A stretch of 64,000 nucleotides of DNA. Source: Candidatus Iainarchaeum sp. GTDB taxonomy: Archaea; Iainarchaeota; Iainarchaeia; Iainarchaeales; DTGL01. Location: contig JAPLVS010000045.1 in NCBI GenBank assembly GCA_026396995.1, forward strand, positions 31,519-95,518, written 5' to 3'. A model generated the notes under the pieces. It had not been told where the DNA came from and did no database searches. It saw nothing but the letters and a program-made list of their open reading frames with translations. Each line of letters opens with the position of its first letter. Position 1 is the first letter of the stretch. A program made the position numbers and the translations under genes. Below are positions 18,159-26,845 of this stretch, one piece after another.

Positions 18159-19349
18159 TCATTTCTCCCACCCAATGCCCCTGCCCTTGTACCATTTGAT
18201 GCTGTACGCTTCGAGCTCTTCCCATGACAGGGCGCCCAGCTTCCTGTCATTTGCGTCAACAATTGTTGTCCTTGAAGTGCAGCTCATGCACGGGTCGATT
18301 GCCGCGATAATAATCGGTATGTCGGCAATGTGCATTCCTTTCATTGCCTCGACGACAGAAAGCCAGTTTGCGAAAGTGGGCGTTCTTACATGCGCCCTTT
18401 CAATCATGTTATTGGCATTCGTCCTGATGTAATAGAACAATTCGCCTCTCGGCGCCTCATACCTGCTGACAACCTCTGCTGCCTTCACAGTATCAGGGAT
18501 CGGCGCGTATAGGTCGCCTTTGGGCAGGTTTTCCAGTGCATATCTCACCATATCGAGCGATTCCTTGAGTTCGTAAACCCTCACATAGTTCCTTCCGTAG
18601 ACATCGCATGAATCGCTTGTTATCATTTTGAACGGGATTTCGCCATAGGCTGCGTACGGGTCGTCCTTCCTGATGTCCCTTTTGACGCCTGAGCCTCTTG
18701 CTGTCGGGCCGACAGCAGCCAGCTCGAGAGCCATTTTTTTGCTTAGAATGCCTACTCCTTTCATCCTTTTCGCGAGGGTTTTTTCTGTTTTCACAAGGTT
18801 GATGTAATAGTCAGCCCTTCCCTCCAAAAATTTCAGTTCCTGCAGAACCTTTTTTGCGGTTGCGTCATCTACATCTCTTCTAACTCCGCCGAGCCTGTTC
18901 ATTGCGTGCGAAATCCTGCCGCCGGAAATTGTTTCCATGAGGTCAAGCACTGTTTCCCTGTCCCTCCAGGTGTACATGAAAAGCGTGTCGAAGCCCATGC
19001 CGTGGCCTTCAACGCCGAGCCAGAGCAGGTGGCTGTGGATTCTTTCGAGTTCAGCCATTATCACGCGGATGTACTGCGCCCTTCTCGGTATGGTCAAGTT
19101 CATTATTTCCTCGATGCCTTTGCAGAAATTCGTGGTGTGGCTGTGCGAGCATATGCCGCAAATCCTTTCCACCAGGTAAATGTTTTTCTCGAAAGTCCTC
19201 TGCTCCATTCCCTTTTCGATGCCTCTGTGATTATAGCTTATGTCAAGGTCCAGCGAGAGAATCTTTTCGCCGTCCACGTGCACCCTGAAGCTTGCCGGTT
19301 CTTTCAGTGCAGGGTGCTGCGGTCCCACAATCAGTTCAGAGCCGTGCAT
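18159..19349 (-). CDS. [NiFe] hydrogenase large subunit, group 4 (NuoD/MbhL/EchE-like)
   Basis: N-terminal RICGICSHSH and C-terminal DPCMSCTSR Ni-Fe ligating CxxC pairs, followed by a C-terminal extension expected to be removed by HycI. Confidence 0.85.
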   Translation of the reverse strand: MHGSELIVGPQHPALKEPASFRVHVDGEKILSLDLDISYNHRGIEKGMEQRTFEKNIYLVERICGICSHSHTTNFCKGIEEIMNLTIPRRAQYIRVIMAELERIHSHLLWLGVEGHGMGFDTLFMYTWRDRETVLDLMETISGGRISHAMNRLGGVRRDVDDATAKKVLQELKFLEGRADYYINLVKTEKTLAKRMKGVGILSKKMALELAAVGPTARGSGVKRDIRKDDPYAAYGEIPFKMITSDSCDVYGRNYVRVYELKESLDMVRYALENLPKGDLYAPIPDTVKAAEVVSRYEAPRGELFYYIRTNANNMIERAHVRTPTFANWLSVVEAMKGMHIADIPIIIAAIDPCMSCTSRTTIVDANDRKLGALSWEELEAYSIKWYKGRGIGWEK

Positions 19350-19881
19350 TTTTCACGCCTCCATAATATTTTTTTTCGCCCTTGGCCCAGTCCTTCCTGA
19401 GCGGGAATTCGCCTTCAGGCCAGTCCTCGTTAAGCATCAATCTCCTCAGGTCAGGATGCCCTATCGGCTCCACTCCGAATAAATCGTGGTTTTCCCTTTC
19501 AAACAGGTTCGCTGAAGGGAAAATATCTGTGACTGTTTCTATTTCAGGCTTTGCCCTTGGGATTTTTGTTTTCACTGAAATCATGGAGCCTTCTCCGCTC
19601 CACAAATGGTAGATAATGCCGAATGAATCTGTTTCATCGATGCAGCTTATCGCACTCAGGTGGGTGCAGTCCATTTTTTCTTTCAGCGCAGACAGCACTT
19701 TTTTGATGCCTTTTGCCTTGGCTTCGATAAAAATCCTTCTCGCCCTCTGCACTTCAATCCCTGAAACAGTTTCGCCAAGCAATTTTTTGATTTCTGCCGA
19801 AATTTTGGCCTCGTTTTTAAGGCTTGGGCCTTTTTTGTCTGCGGCAATTTTGCTTTCCTTTTTCACTGCAGTTTTTTTCAT
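19336..19881 (-). CDS. Hydrogenase subunit NuoC/MbhK-like (30-kDa subunit family)
   Basis: 181 aa, NuoC-like C-terminal block NEDWPEGEFPLRKDW. Confidence 0.75.
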   Translation of the reverse strand: MKKTAVKKESKIAADKKGPSLKNEAKISAEIKKLLGETVSGIEVQRARRIFIEAKAKGIKKVLSALKEKMDCTHLSAISCIDETDSFGIIYHLWSGEGSMISVKTKIPRAKPEIETVTDIFPSANLFERENHDLFGVEPIGHPDLRRLMLNEDWPEGEFPLRKDWAKGEKKYYGGVKNARL

Positions 19882-19890
19882 TCACAACAC

Positions 19891-20331
19891 CTATTTTTTA
19901 TCTTTCTTCCCATACAAAAGGTCGAGCGCGGTAAGCGCCCCGTCTATTATCTCGTCAGGCCTCGGAGGGCAGCCTGCAATGTACATTGCCACAGGCAATA
20001 CCTTGTCAATGCCTTCCTCCACATTGTACAATCCCTTGAAAACATCGCCTGTGGCAGCGCAATTGCCGACCGCTATGACCACTTTCGGTTCAGGCATCTG
20101 GTCGTAAATCCTGCGCAGCCTTTTCGCCTGCTTCAATGTCACAGGCCCTGTGGCAAGCAGGATATCCGCATGCCTTGGCGTGCCCTTGAGCAAAACTCCC
20201 ACTCTTTCCAGGTCAAGCCTTGGGGTCAGGGCCGCAACTATCTCTATGTCGCAGCCGTTGCAGCTCCCGCTGTTGAAATGCAGCACCCACGGCGATTTTT
20301 TCCTTGCCCATCCAACAATTTCTTTTATCAC
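19891..20331 (-). CDS. [NiFe] hydrogenase small subunit, NuoB/MbhJ-like
   Basis: GSCNGCDIE ... GNCAATGD ... AGCPPRP: the four Cys of the proximal [4Fe-4S] cluster of NuoB-type small subunits. Confidence 0.85.
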   Translation of the reverse strand: MIKEIVGWARKKSPWVLHFNSGSCNGCDIEIVAALTPRLDLERVGVLLKGTPRHADILLATGPVTLKQAKRLRRIYDQMPEPKVVIAVGNCAATGDVFKGLYNVEEGIDKVLPVAMYIAGCPPRPDEIIDGALTALDLLYGKKDKK

Positions 20332-20333
20332 AT

Positions 20334-20666
20334 TTATCGCCCCATAAGGACAACAATCGACACAAGCATGAAAAACGCGTAAACCAATGCAAGGCCGCCT
20401 GCGATTCCGGCGGATTCGGCCGTAATGACTATCGCACTCACATGGAATATCGTGAAAAGGACTGCAAGGTGGAAGAAATTATACGAAGGCCTGGGGTTTG
20501 TTTCAGGGAGCTCTTCGCCGCAGGCATAGCTCTTGAGCTTGTCGCCCTCGTCTTTCAGTTTCGGTGCAATCCTTGCGCCGATGGCGTAAACCAAAAAGGC
20601 AAGCGCCAGCGAAAGCAGGAACATTGTAAGCGGCGAAAATACCAGTGCTTCAATCCCCAAATCCAT
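20334..20666 (-). CDS. NuoA-like small membrane subunit
   Basis: 3 TM, YACGEE motif resembling NuoA YECGF. Confidence 0.55.
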   Translation of the reverse strand: MDLGIEALVFSPLTMFLLSLALAFLVYAIGARIAPKLKDEGDKLKSYACGEELPETNPRPSYNFFHLAVLFTIFHVSAIVITAESAGIAGGLALVYAFFMLVSIVVLMGR

Positions 20667-20762
20667 ATCAATCAGCCTTCAAAGCCGTCCTGCAATTCAG
20701 CCCGCAAATCCATATCAATCAGCCCATCCAAACCCAGGAAAACATTTCAATAAAGCCTCACA

Positions 20763-22196
20763 TCAGCCCATCAAAGCCCACGCCGCCGCCTTTACGATTC
20801 CAAAAGCCGGCACAGGATAAAACCCTATGACCACGGTTGCAATCACAAGCGATAATATTGCGGCATATTGGGCCAAACCAATATGTGATTCCTCTTGCTT
20901 AAATTTGTTTCCGTCTTCGGAGAACATGGCGGAAATTACCGGCACATAATATCCGAGTGAGACCGCAACATTCAAAATCATTATAAGCACAAGCAAAAGG
21001 CCTGTGCCGCCGAACTGCGCAATGCCTGCCCCGAGCAGGAACAATTTTCCAGGGAAACCCAAAGTGAACGGGATTCCTATAAGGCTTAAGATGAAAACTG
21101 AAAAGCAGGCTGCAAGCAATGGCTTGCTTTTTGCAATTCCCTTCAAGTCGGCGATATCCTTTATGCCGAGGCTTTCGAAAGCGCCTGCGCAGAAGAATGC
21201 ACCGCCCTTCATTATGCTGTAGGCGACAATATAGAAAAGCGCGGCAGCAAGGCCGAAGGCGGAATTATATTCGAATGCAATGGAAAGGCCCGCAATGGCA
21301 TATCCCATCTGGGCTATGCTCGAATATGCCAGCATCCTTTTCAGGTCTTTTTGTACAAGGGCAAGGAAATTGCCGAAGGTCATTGTGAGAATTGCAAAGA
21401 TGCATAAGACAAGGCCGAGGTGCGCTGAAGGGAGAATAGATTGCGGGAAGGCAAGGAGCGTCCTGGCAAGCGCCATGAAAAATCCTATTTTTGTGATGCT
21501 TGCAAGGAGCACTGTTACCGACGGCACTGAATAATAGTAAGCGCCGGGAAGCCAGGTGTGCAATGGAACAAGCCCGAGCTTGACGCCGTAGCCTGCGACC
21601 ACAAGGCAAAGCGCAATCACGAGGATCGGGCTCGGGGAAAGTGCGGAGCCTGAAATTGCAGCTATGTTAAGCGTGCCTGTGACAAGGAACACCATTGAAA
21701 GGCCGAGGAGCGCCGAAAGCGTTCCTGCAGTGCCCTGCACCAGGTATTTTATTATTGCGGAAAGCACCTTCTTTTCCTTTTTCAAATTATAGGCGACAAG
21801 GAAATAGGAGGGAATTGAGGCGAATTCGACCATCACGAAAACAGTGAAAAGGTCGCCTGCAAAGCCTATCGCCATTGTGCCTGCGACAGAAATCAGGAAA
21901 AGAGGGTAGAAATAGGCGAGATGCGTGTCCTCCTTTATTGCGCCGATCGAATAGAGGGCTGCTGCTGCGCCAAGGCCGCTTGAGACAAAGCCCAAAAGAA
22001 TCGAAAGGCCGTCTGTCCCCTCAGGCATGTTCCCTGAAAGCAGGAAATATGCGAACAACAGGAATGTTGAGCACAATGCAAGCGTCGCAAGAAGGCCTGC
22101 GAAAGGCCAGAATTTTTTGCCGCCGAACTTGACAATGGCATAGCAGGCAACGCCGGCCAGCACAAGCGCTATTGCAAGGATTTCCGAAATAATCAT
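20763..22196 (-). CDS. Antiporter-like membrane subunit (NuoN/MnhD/MbhH family)
   Basis: 477 aa, ~14 TM, Mrp/complex-I antiporter-like composition. Confidence 0.75.
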   Translation of the reverse strand: MIISEILAIALVLAGVACYAIVKFGGKKFWPFAGLLATLALCSTFLLFAYFLLSGNMPEGTDGLSILLGFVSSGLGAAAALYSIGAIKEDTHLAYFYPLFLISVAGTMAIGFAGDLFTVFVMVEFASIPSYFLVAYNLKKEKKVLSAIIKYLVQGTAGTLSALLGLSMVFLVTGTLNIAAISGSALSPSPILVIALCLVVAGYGVKLGLVPLHTWLPGAYYYSVPSVTVLLASITKIGFFMALARTLLAFPQSILPSAHLGLVLCIFAILTMTFGNFLALVQKDLKRMLAYSSIAQMGYAIAGLSIAFEYNSAFGLAAALFYIVAYSIMKGGAFFCAGAFESLGIKDIADLKGIAKSKPLLAACFSVFILSLIGIPFTLGFPGKLFLLGAGIAQFGGTGLLLVLIMILNVAVSLGYYVPVISAMFSEDGNKFKQEESHIGLAQYAAILSLVIATVVIGFYPVPAFGIVKAAAWALMG

Positions 22197-22218
22197 AGGG
22201 CGACCACCTTTTTCATGC

Positions 22219-23997
22219 TCACCATGCTGCCACCATCCACATCAATGCGAATATGAACAAAAGCATTATCGCCGAAAGCATGAGGTTCCAGTTGAGGTCC
22301 CTGTCCTCCATTTTTCCGGAAAGGCTGCCGAAAGAAAATAAAAACCTGCTCCAGCCTGAAAAAGCCGCAAAGATTCCGATAAACAATTCTTTGGTTGCAG
22401 CAGATGCCGACAGCACCCAGTTGCCGAACTTATTGTACAGCACATCGAAGTCCTTCACGCCTGTGTCGTGCGGTGCAAGGATTTTTTTCCCTATAGTGAA
22501 AAATAATATTGCCGTGGCGCCGAGGATTGCTGTTGTTTCAAGGAGATATGCCAGCGATAAAGGCTCCAAAGCCTCCTGCACCGGCAGTATTCCGAGAACC
22601 AGTGCCGGATATAATCCAATGACAACGCATGCGATTGCGATTGCCGCCTGGGCGAAAAGCATTGTTTTCGGCGCCTCTTCAACTTTCAAATCCTTTCCTT
22701 TCCTGAGGAAAACGAAATAGCCCAGTTTCAGGAATGAAAGGAAAGTGCCGATTGAAGCAATTTCCAGCAGCAGCCATAAAACTGTGAAGTCTTCCGAGGC
22801 AGTTATGACCATGCCTTTGCTCAGGTATCCGTTGAGGCCTGGAATGCCTGCGATTGCGAGCGCAGCAATAAAGAAGGTTATTGCGGTAATCGGCATTTTT
22901 TTCCATAACCCCCCGAGCTGCGAAATCTTTTCAAAGCCTGTTCTGTAAATAACAGCGCCGACGCACATGAAAAGAAGTGTCTTGTAAAGGAGGTTGTTGA
23001 AAAGATGGAACATGCCGCCGTTCAATCCGATGGCTGTGCCAAGGCCTATGCCTGCAACCATGTATCCGACCTGGCTTAGTATGTGATAGGAAAGAAGCTT
23101 TCTCATGTTGTTTTGAATCAGCGCAAAAGACACTCCGTATATTGCCATGATCCCGCCAAGGATTGCAATAATTCCGCCGACAAGCGGCATTGCTCCCAGC
23201 ACTGCAAAGCTTGGAGCCATCCTTGCAAGGAAATATACCGCGGTCTTTGTGGTGTAAACGCTCAGGAAAACGCTTGAGGCAATGTGCGGTTTCGGGTAAG
23301 TGTCAGGCAGCCATGTGTGCAAGGGAATAATTCCGAGGTTGATGCCTACTGCCAGTGTCATCAGCAGCAGTGCCCAGGGATTCATTACCGAGGCGCCGAT
23401 AAGCAGGCTTCCTGTTGAAAAATACTGGATTGCAATGCTGCCAAGCAGCAGGCTTCCGCCAAGCAAATGGAAAAGCAGGTAACGGAATGCAGCCGATGCC
23501 GCTTCGCCGCCGTGAATCCATACAAGGGCAGTGGAACTGATTGCCATCAACTCCCAGAAAATTATGAGCGTGATGAAATCGCCGGCAAAGACAGCGCCGA
23601 GCGAAGTGCCGGCGTAAAGGATTGCAAAGAAATAAATCCATGTCTTGTCAAAGTGGGAGGCGTAAAGGATTGCGCAGAAAGTGATTATCACAAAAATATA
23701 GCCTGTGAACAGTGAAAGGCTGTCAACGTTCAGCATCACCAAATTGAAATTCATGAAATCAAGGGAATAATATGAACCCGGCTGGAGCGAGAAAGTAACA
23801 AGCACTGCGAGCGCAGCCAAAAGCACCACTGCCGCCCTGCGCAGGTTTCCTTTCAGCAAAAGGAGCGGCAATCCAAGGAAAAAGATGAATGCCGGGTGGA
23901 AAATAAAAGTCATGGAAGCACGCCCCCTGAAAGGAAAACCTGCAGGAAAATAAAAGTCATGGCAGCACGCTCCCAGGCAGAACTGCCTTTGTGACAA
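22219..23997 (-). CDS. Antiporter-like membrane subunit (NuoL/MnhA family)
   Basis: 592 aa polytopic, NuoL-like; overlaps next gene by ~40 nt. Confidence 0.75.
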   Translation of the reverse strand: MSQRQFCLGACCHDFYFPAGFPFRGRASMTFIFHPAFIFFLGLPLLLLKGNLRRAAVVLLAALAVLVTFSLQPGSYYSLDFMNFNLVMLNVDSLSLFTGYIFVIITFCAILYASHFDKTWIYFFAILYAGTSLGAVFAGDFITLIIFWELMAISSTALVWIHGGEAASAAFRYLLFHLLGGSLLLGSIAIQYFSTGSLLIGASVMNPWALLLMTLAVGINLGIIPLHTWLPDTYPKPHIASSVFLSVYTTKTAVYFLARMAPSFAVLGAMPLVGGIIAILGGIMAIYGVSFALIQNNMRKLLSYHILSQVGYMVAGIGLGTAIGLNGGMFHLFNNLLYKTLLFMCVGAVIYRTGFEKISQLGGLWKKMPITAITFFIAALAIAGIPGLNGYLSKGMVITASEDFTVLWLLLEIASIGTFLSFLKLGYFVFLRKGKDLKVEEAPKTMLFAQAAIAIACVVIGLYPALVLGILPVQEALEPLSLAYLLETTAILGATAILFFTIGKKILAPHDTGVKDFDVLYNKFGNWVLSASAATKELFIGIFAAFSGWSRFLFSFGSLSGKMEDRDLNWNLMLSAIMLLFIFALMWMVAAW

Positions 23998-25483
23998 ATT
24001 CCGCTATCTTGAACGGGCCGTCAGGCATTGAGGTCCACAGGCCCAGTATGATTGCACATATTATAGTGATTAATATAGGCAGCACCATCGCATAATGCGC
24101 CTCTTCAATCCTTGACTTGGCGCCTGATTTTTCCGGATCGCCTGAGAATGCGGTGAAGATTATCGGGAAGAAATATGCTGCGTTGAGGATTGAGGAAATT
24201 ACTAGCACAAAGATTACAATAAGCTGGTTTGCGTCCCATGCGCCTGCGCTCAGGTAAAATTTGCTGATGAAGCCAGGCATCAAAGGAAGGCCGACCATGC
24301 TGAGCGCAGCCAGGGTGAATGCCAGCATTGTCAACGGCATTTTCTTTCCTATTCCTGCAAGCTCGCTGATTTTTGTTTTGCCTGTTTTTACCCTTACAGC
24401 GCCTGCAACAAAGAACATAGTGAGCTTTGCGAAAGCGTGCGCCGCAATCTGGAAAAGCGCACCCATGACGCCCATTGAGGTAAGGAGCGCTGCGCCAAGA
24501 ATAATGTATGAAAGCTGGCTTATTGTTGAATAGGCAAGCCTGCGCTTGAAATCGTCCTGGGCTAACGCGATAAACGACCCGACCAATATTGTGATGCTTG
24601 CAAAGAGGATCAGCCAGAACTGGAGACCGAGTGATAATATCATTGAAGGGCCGACAATGAAGAAAATCACTCTGAGGACGCCGAAAACGCCTGCTTTCAC
24701 TACTGCAACTGCGTGCAGGAAGCCGCTTACTGGTGTTGGGGCAACCATTGCGGATGGCAGCCATGGATGCAATGGCATTATGCTTGCCTTTACCCCAAAG
24801 CCTGCAATCAGCAGGAAGAATATCAGCCTTACAACGTCAGGGCTTGCCATGCTCTGGCCAAGCATGCCGCCTGCAGCAAAATCAGTCGTGCCTGCGACAG
24901 AATAAACAAGCACTAAGCCTGCAAGGATTGCAAGGCCGCCGCCAAGCGTGAAGAAAAGGTATTTTTTGCCTGCCTTCAATGCCTCATCTGTTTCCTTGTG
25001 GATTACAAGAGGATATACTGAAATTGTGAGGATTTCATAGAAAATGAAAAGCGTGAAAAGGTTTGCTGAAAGCGCTATGCCGAGTGTTGCGCCCATTGCG
25101 ACAGCAAAACAGCAATAATATCTTGTCTGGGCGTGCTCTTTCAGGCCGCGCATATAGCCGACAGAATAAATTGTGGTGAGAATCCAGAGGAATGAGGAAA
25201 TCGCTGCAAAGAGGATGCCGAGGCCATCTCCCCCAATCTTAAAATCAAGGTTCGGGAGGATTGAAAAAAGCGAAAACTGGGAAGTGCCGCCTGCAAGAAT
25301 GCCGGGCACCGCGGATGCGATAAGCAGGAAAGTGATTATCGATGTGATAATGCTTATTGCTTCCCTCGGGTTAGGCCATTTCGATAAAAGTATTATGAGC
25401 AGCGAACCGATGAAAGGCGCAAGGATTGCGCCGAGGACCGCTGTCATTTTTCCCTCACCGCGTTCCAAATCAGCCGATGGCAA
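23957..25483 (-). CDS. Antiporter-like membrane subunit (NuoM/MnhD family)
   Basis: 508 aa polytopic, NuoM-like. Confidence 0.75.
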   Translation of the reverse strand: MPSADLERGEGKMTAVLGAILAPFIGSLLIILLSKWPNPREAISIITSIITFLLIASAVPGILAGGTSQFSLFSILPNLDFKIGGDGLGILFAAISSFLWILTTIYSVGYMRGLKEHAQTRYYCCFAVAMGATLGIALSANLFTLFIFYEILTISVYPLVIHKETDEALKAGKKYLFFTLGGGLAILAGLVLVYSVAGTTDFAAGGMLGQSMASPDVVRLIFFLLIAGFGVKASIMPLHPWLPSAMVAPTPVSGFLHAVAVVKAGVFGVLRVIFFIVGPSMILSLGLQFWLILFASITILVGSFIALAQDDFKRRLAYSTISQLSYIILGAALLTSMGVMGALFQIAAHAFAKLTMFFVAGAVRVKTGKTKISELAGIGKKMPLTMLAFTLAALSMVGLPLMPGFISKFYLSAGAWDANQLIVIFVLVISSILNAAYFFPIIFTAFSGDPEKSGAKSRIEEAHYAMVLPILITIICAIILGLWTSMPDGPFKIAEFVTKAVLPGSVLP

Positions 25484-25490
25484 TATGCAG

Positions 25491-25832
25491 TCATTTTGCT
25501 TTCACCGCTTCCTCTGCCTTTTCCCTCACAGTTTTCTCGATTCTTATCGAGCCGTGGGTTCTTTTATTCATTATCGCCAGCGCCAGCGCCATTGCAGCCA
25601 CAAGAACTTCTATCACTATTATAGTGAAAACTATTGCCTGTGCCTGGCCTGTCTCGCCGTTGGCAAATCCCCCGAGGATAAAGCAAAGTGTTGTCGACTT
25701 GCCGATAAGCTCCAGTGCTATGATGATTTTTGTCAGGTTCGCTTTTGAAATCAGGGCATAGAGGCCGATGCAGAAAAAGCACGCAACCCCGGCCAGATTT
25801 GCAAGCACCACAAAGTCACTCATTGTGTTCAT
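25491..25832 (-). CDS. NuoK/MnhC-like small membrane subunit
   Basis: 113 aa, 3 TM, conserved Glu in TM (ALELIGK...IVIEVLV). Confidence 0.6.
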   Translation of the reverse strand: MNTMSDFVVLANLAGVACFFCIGLYALISKANLTKIIIALELIGKSTTLCFILGGFANGETGQAQAIVFTIIVIEVLVAAMALALAIMNKRTHGSIRIEKTVREKAEEAVKAK

Positions 25833-26043
25833 CCCTTACAAGCATTACAATCCCAAAAACAGCCGCAAGAATCAGCATCGACTGGCTTATTGTCTCGAAG
25901 CTCCTGTACTTCCAGAGGGCATCGCCTATCCACATGGATTCGCCCTCTTCAGCCGGCACAGGGTAGGAGCTTTTCAAAAAAGCCATGAGGAAAAAAAGCA
26001 GAAGGCAGGCGCAGACAAGGAATGCGAGTAGTTTATGCAGCAT
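25816..26043 (-). CDS. MnhB-domain-like small membrane subunit
   Basis: 75 aa, 2 TM, operon position between NuoK-like and first gene. Confidence 0.45.
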   Translation of the reverse strand: MLHKLLAFLVCACLLLFFLMAFLKSSYPVPAEEGESMWIGDALWKYRSFETISQSMLILAAVFGIVMLVRDEHNE

Positions 26044-26053
26044 TTCGCCCCAC

Positions 26054-26320
26054 CTATTCGTCCCTCTTTTCTTTTTCGTCTGTCAGGGACAGGGCGACAA
26101 GCAATATCACGGTTATAAGACCTGCGCAGACTGTAAGCTCCAGTACCGCGGCAAAAGGCGAATTGAGGAGGTAAAAAACAGCCGCAATGCAGGCGCTTGC
26201 AAGCGCAAAGAACAGGGCTGCCTTAACCAAGTCCCTGGCGCGAACCGCCAGGAAAGCGAAAATTACACCAAAAGCAATTGCCGCTATATTTACTGCAAGG
26301 CTGAGTTCATTGAAAGGCAT
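26054..26320 (-). CDS. MnhB-domain-like small membrane subunit (first gene of hydrogenase operon)
   Basis: 88 aa, 3 TM; followed upstream by non-coding promoter region. Confidence 0.45.
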   Translation of the reverse strand: MPFNELSLAVNIAAIAFGVIFAFLAVRARDLVKAALFFALASACIAAVFYLLNSPFAAVLELTVCAGLITVILLVALSLTDEKEKRDE

Positions 26321-26349
26321 TTCAATCCCTGTAGATATAAGAAGCGGTG

Positions 26350-26375
26350 TATACTTTTTAAATAACTATAGAATA
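26350..26375 (-). promoter_or_regulatory. Candidate archaeal TATA/BRE promoter for hydrogenase operon
   Basis: Reverse strand reads ctatagTTATTTAAAAagt ~35-55 nt upstream of start at 26320, in a 200-nt non-coding gap. Confidence 0.35.
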
Positions 26376-26448
26376 CTTGCCTGCAGGCAAAGCGCTCGGC
26401 TGTATTCTTCTCCCTGCAGCCCCTCTGTTTTCCTGCGGAAAAGGCTTT

Positions 26449-26470
26449 CCCTTATATATATTTAAAGGTT
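26449..26470 (+). promoter_or_regulatory. Candidate archaeal TATA box for A-type ATP synthase operon
   Basis: cccTTATATATATTTAAAGg ~60-70 nt upstream of atpH start; divergent from hydrogenase promoter. Confidence 0.35.
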
Positions 26471-26527
26471 TTTATCGGTTAAACTTACGCACGGAATGCA
26501 CTGATTAGCGTGTTTTGGCCGGGTTGA

Positions 26528-26845
26528 GTGGGCAACATGGAAATCCTTAGGGAAATAAGGCTGCTTGAAAGCGAGGGCCGCGCGGCAGTGGAAAAGGCGG
26601 AAAGGGAGCGCGAGAAAAAACAGCAGGCGGCAGTGGAAAAGGCAGCACTCCTCAAAAAAGAAACCATTGAAAAAGCAGGCGCGGAAGCCGAAGCGATCAT
26701 CGAGGAAGGCCGCAAAAAAGGCCGCGAGGAAGCGAAGAAAATAACAGAGAGAATTGAAAAGGAAAAAGAGAAAATAAGGGCGAATGCTGCCAAAAAATCC
26801 GCGGCCGCGAAAAAAATCATTTTCCGGGGGCTGCTCGATGTTTAA
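26528..26845 (+). CDS. atpH: A-type ATP synthase subunit H
   Basis: ~100-aa Glu/Lys/Ala-rich helical protein, first gene of ahaHIKECFABD; real start may be MEIL at ~26537. Confidence 0.7.
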   Translation: MGNMEILREIRLLESEGRAAVEKAEREREKKQQAAVEKAALLKKETIEKAGAEAEAIIEEGRKKGREEAKKITERIEKEKEKIRANAAKKSAAAKKIIFRGLLDV

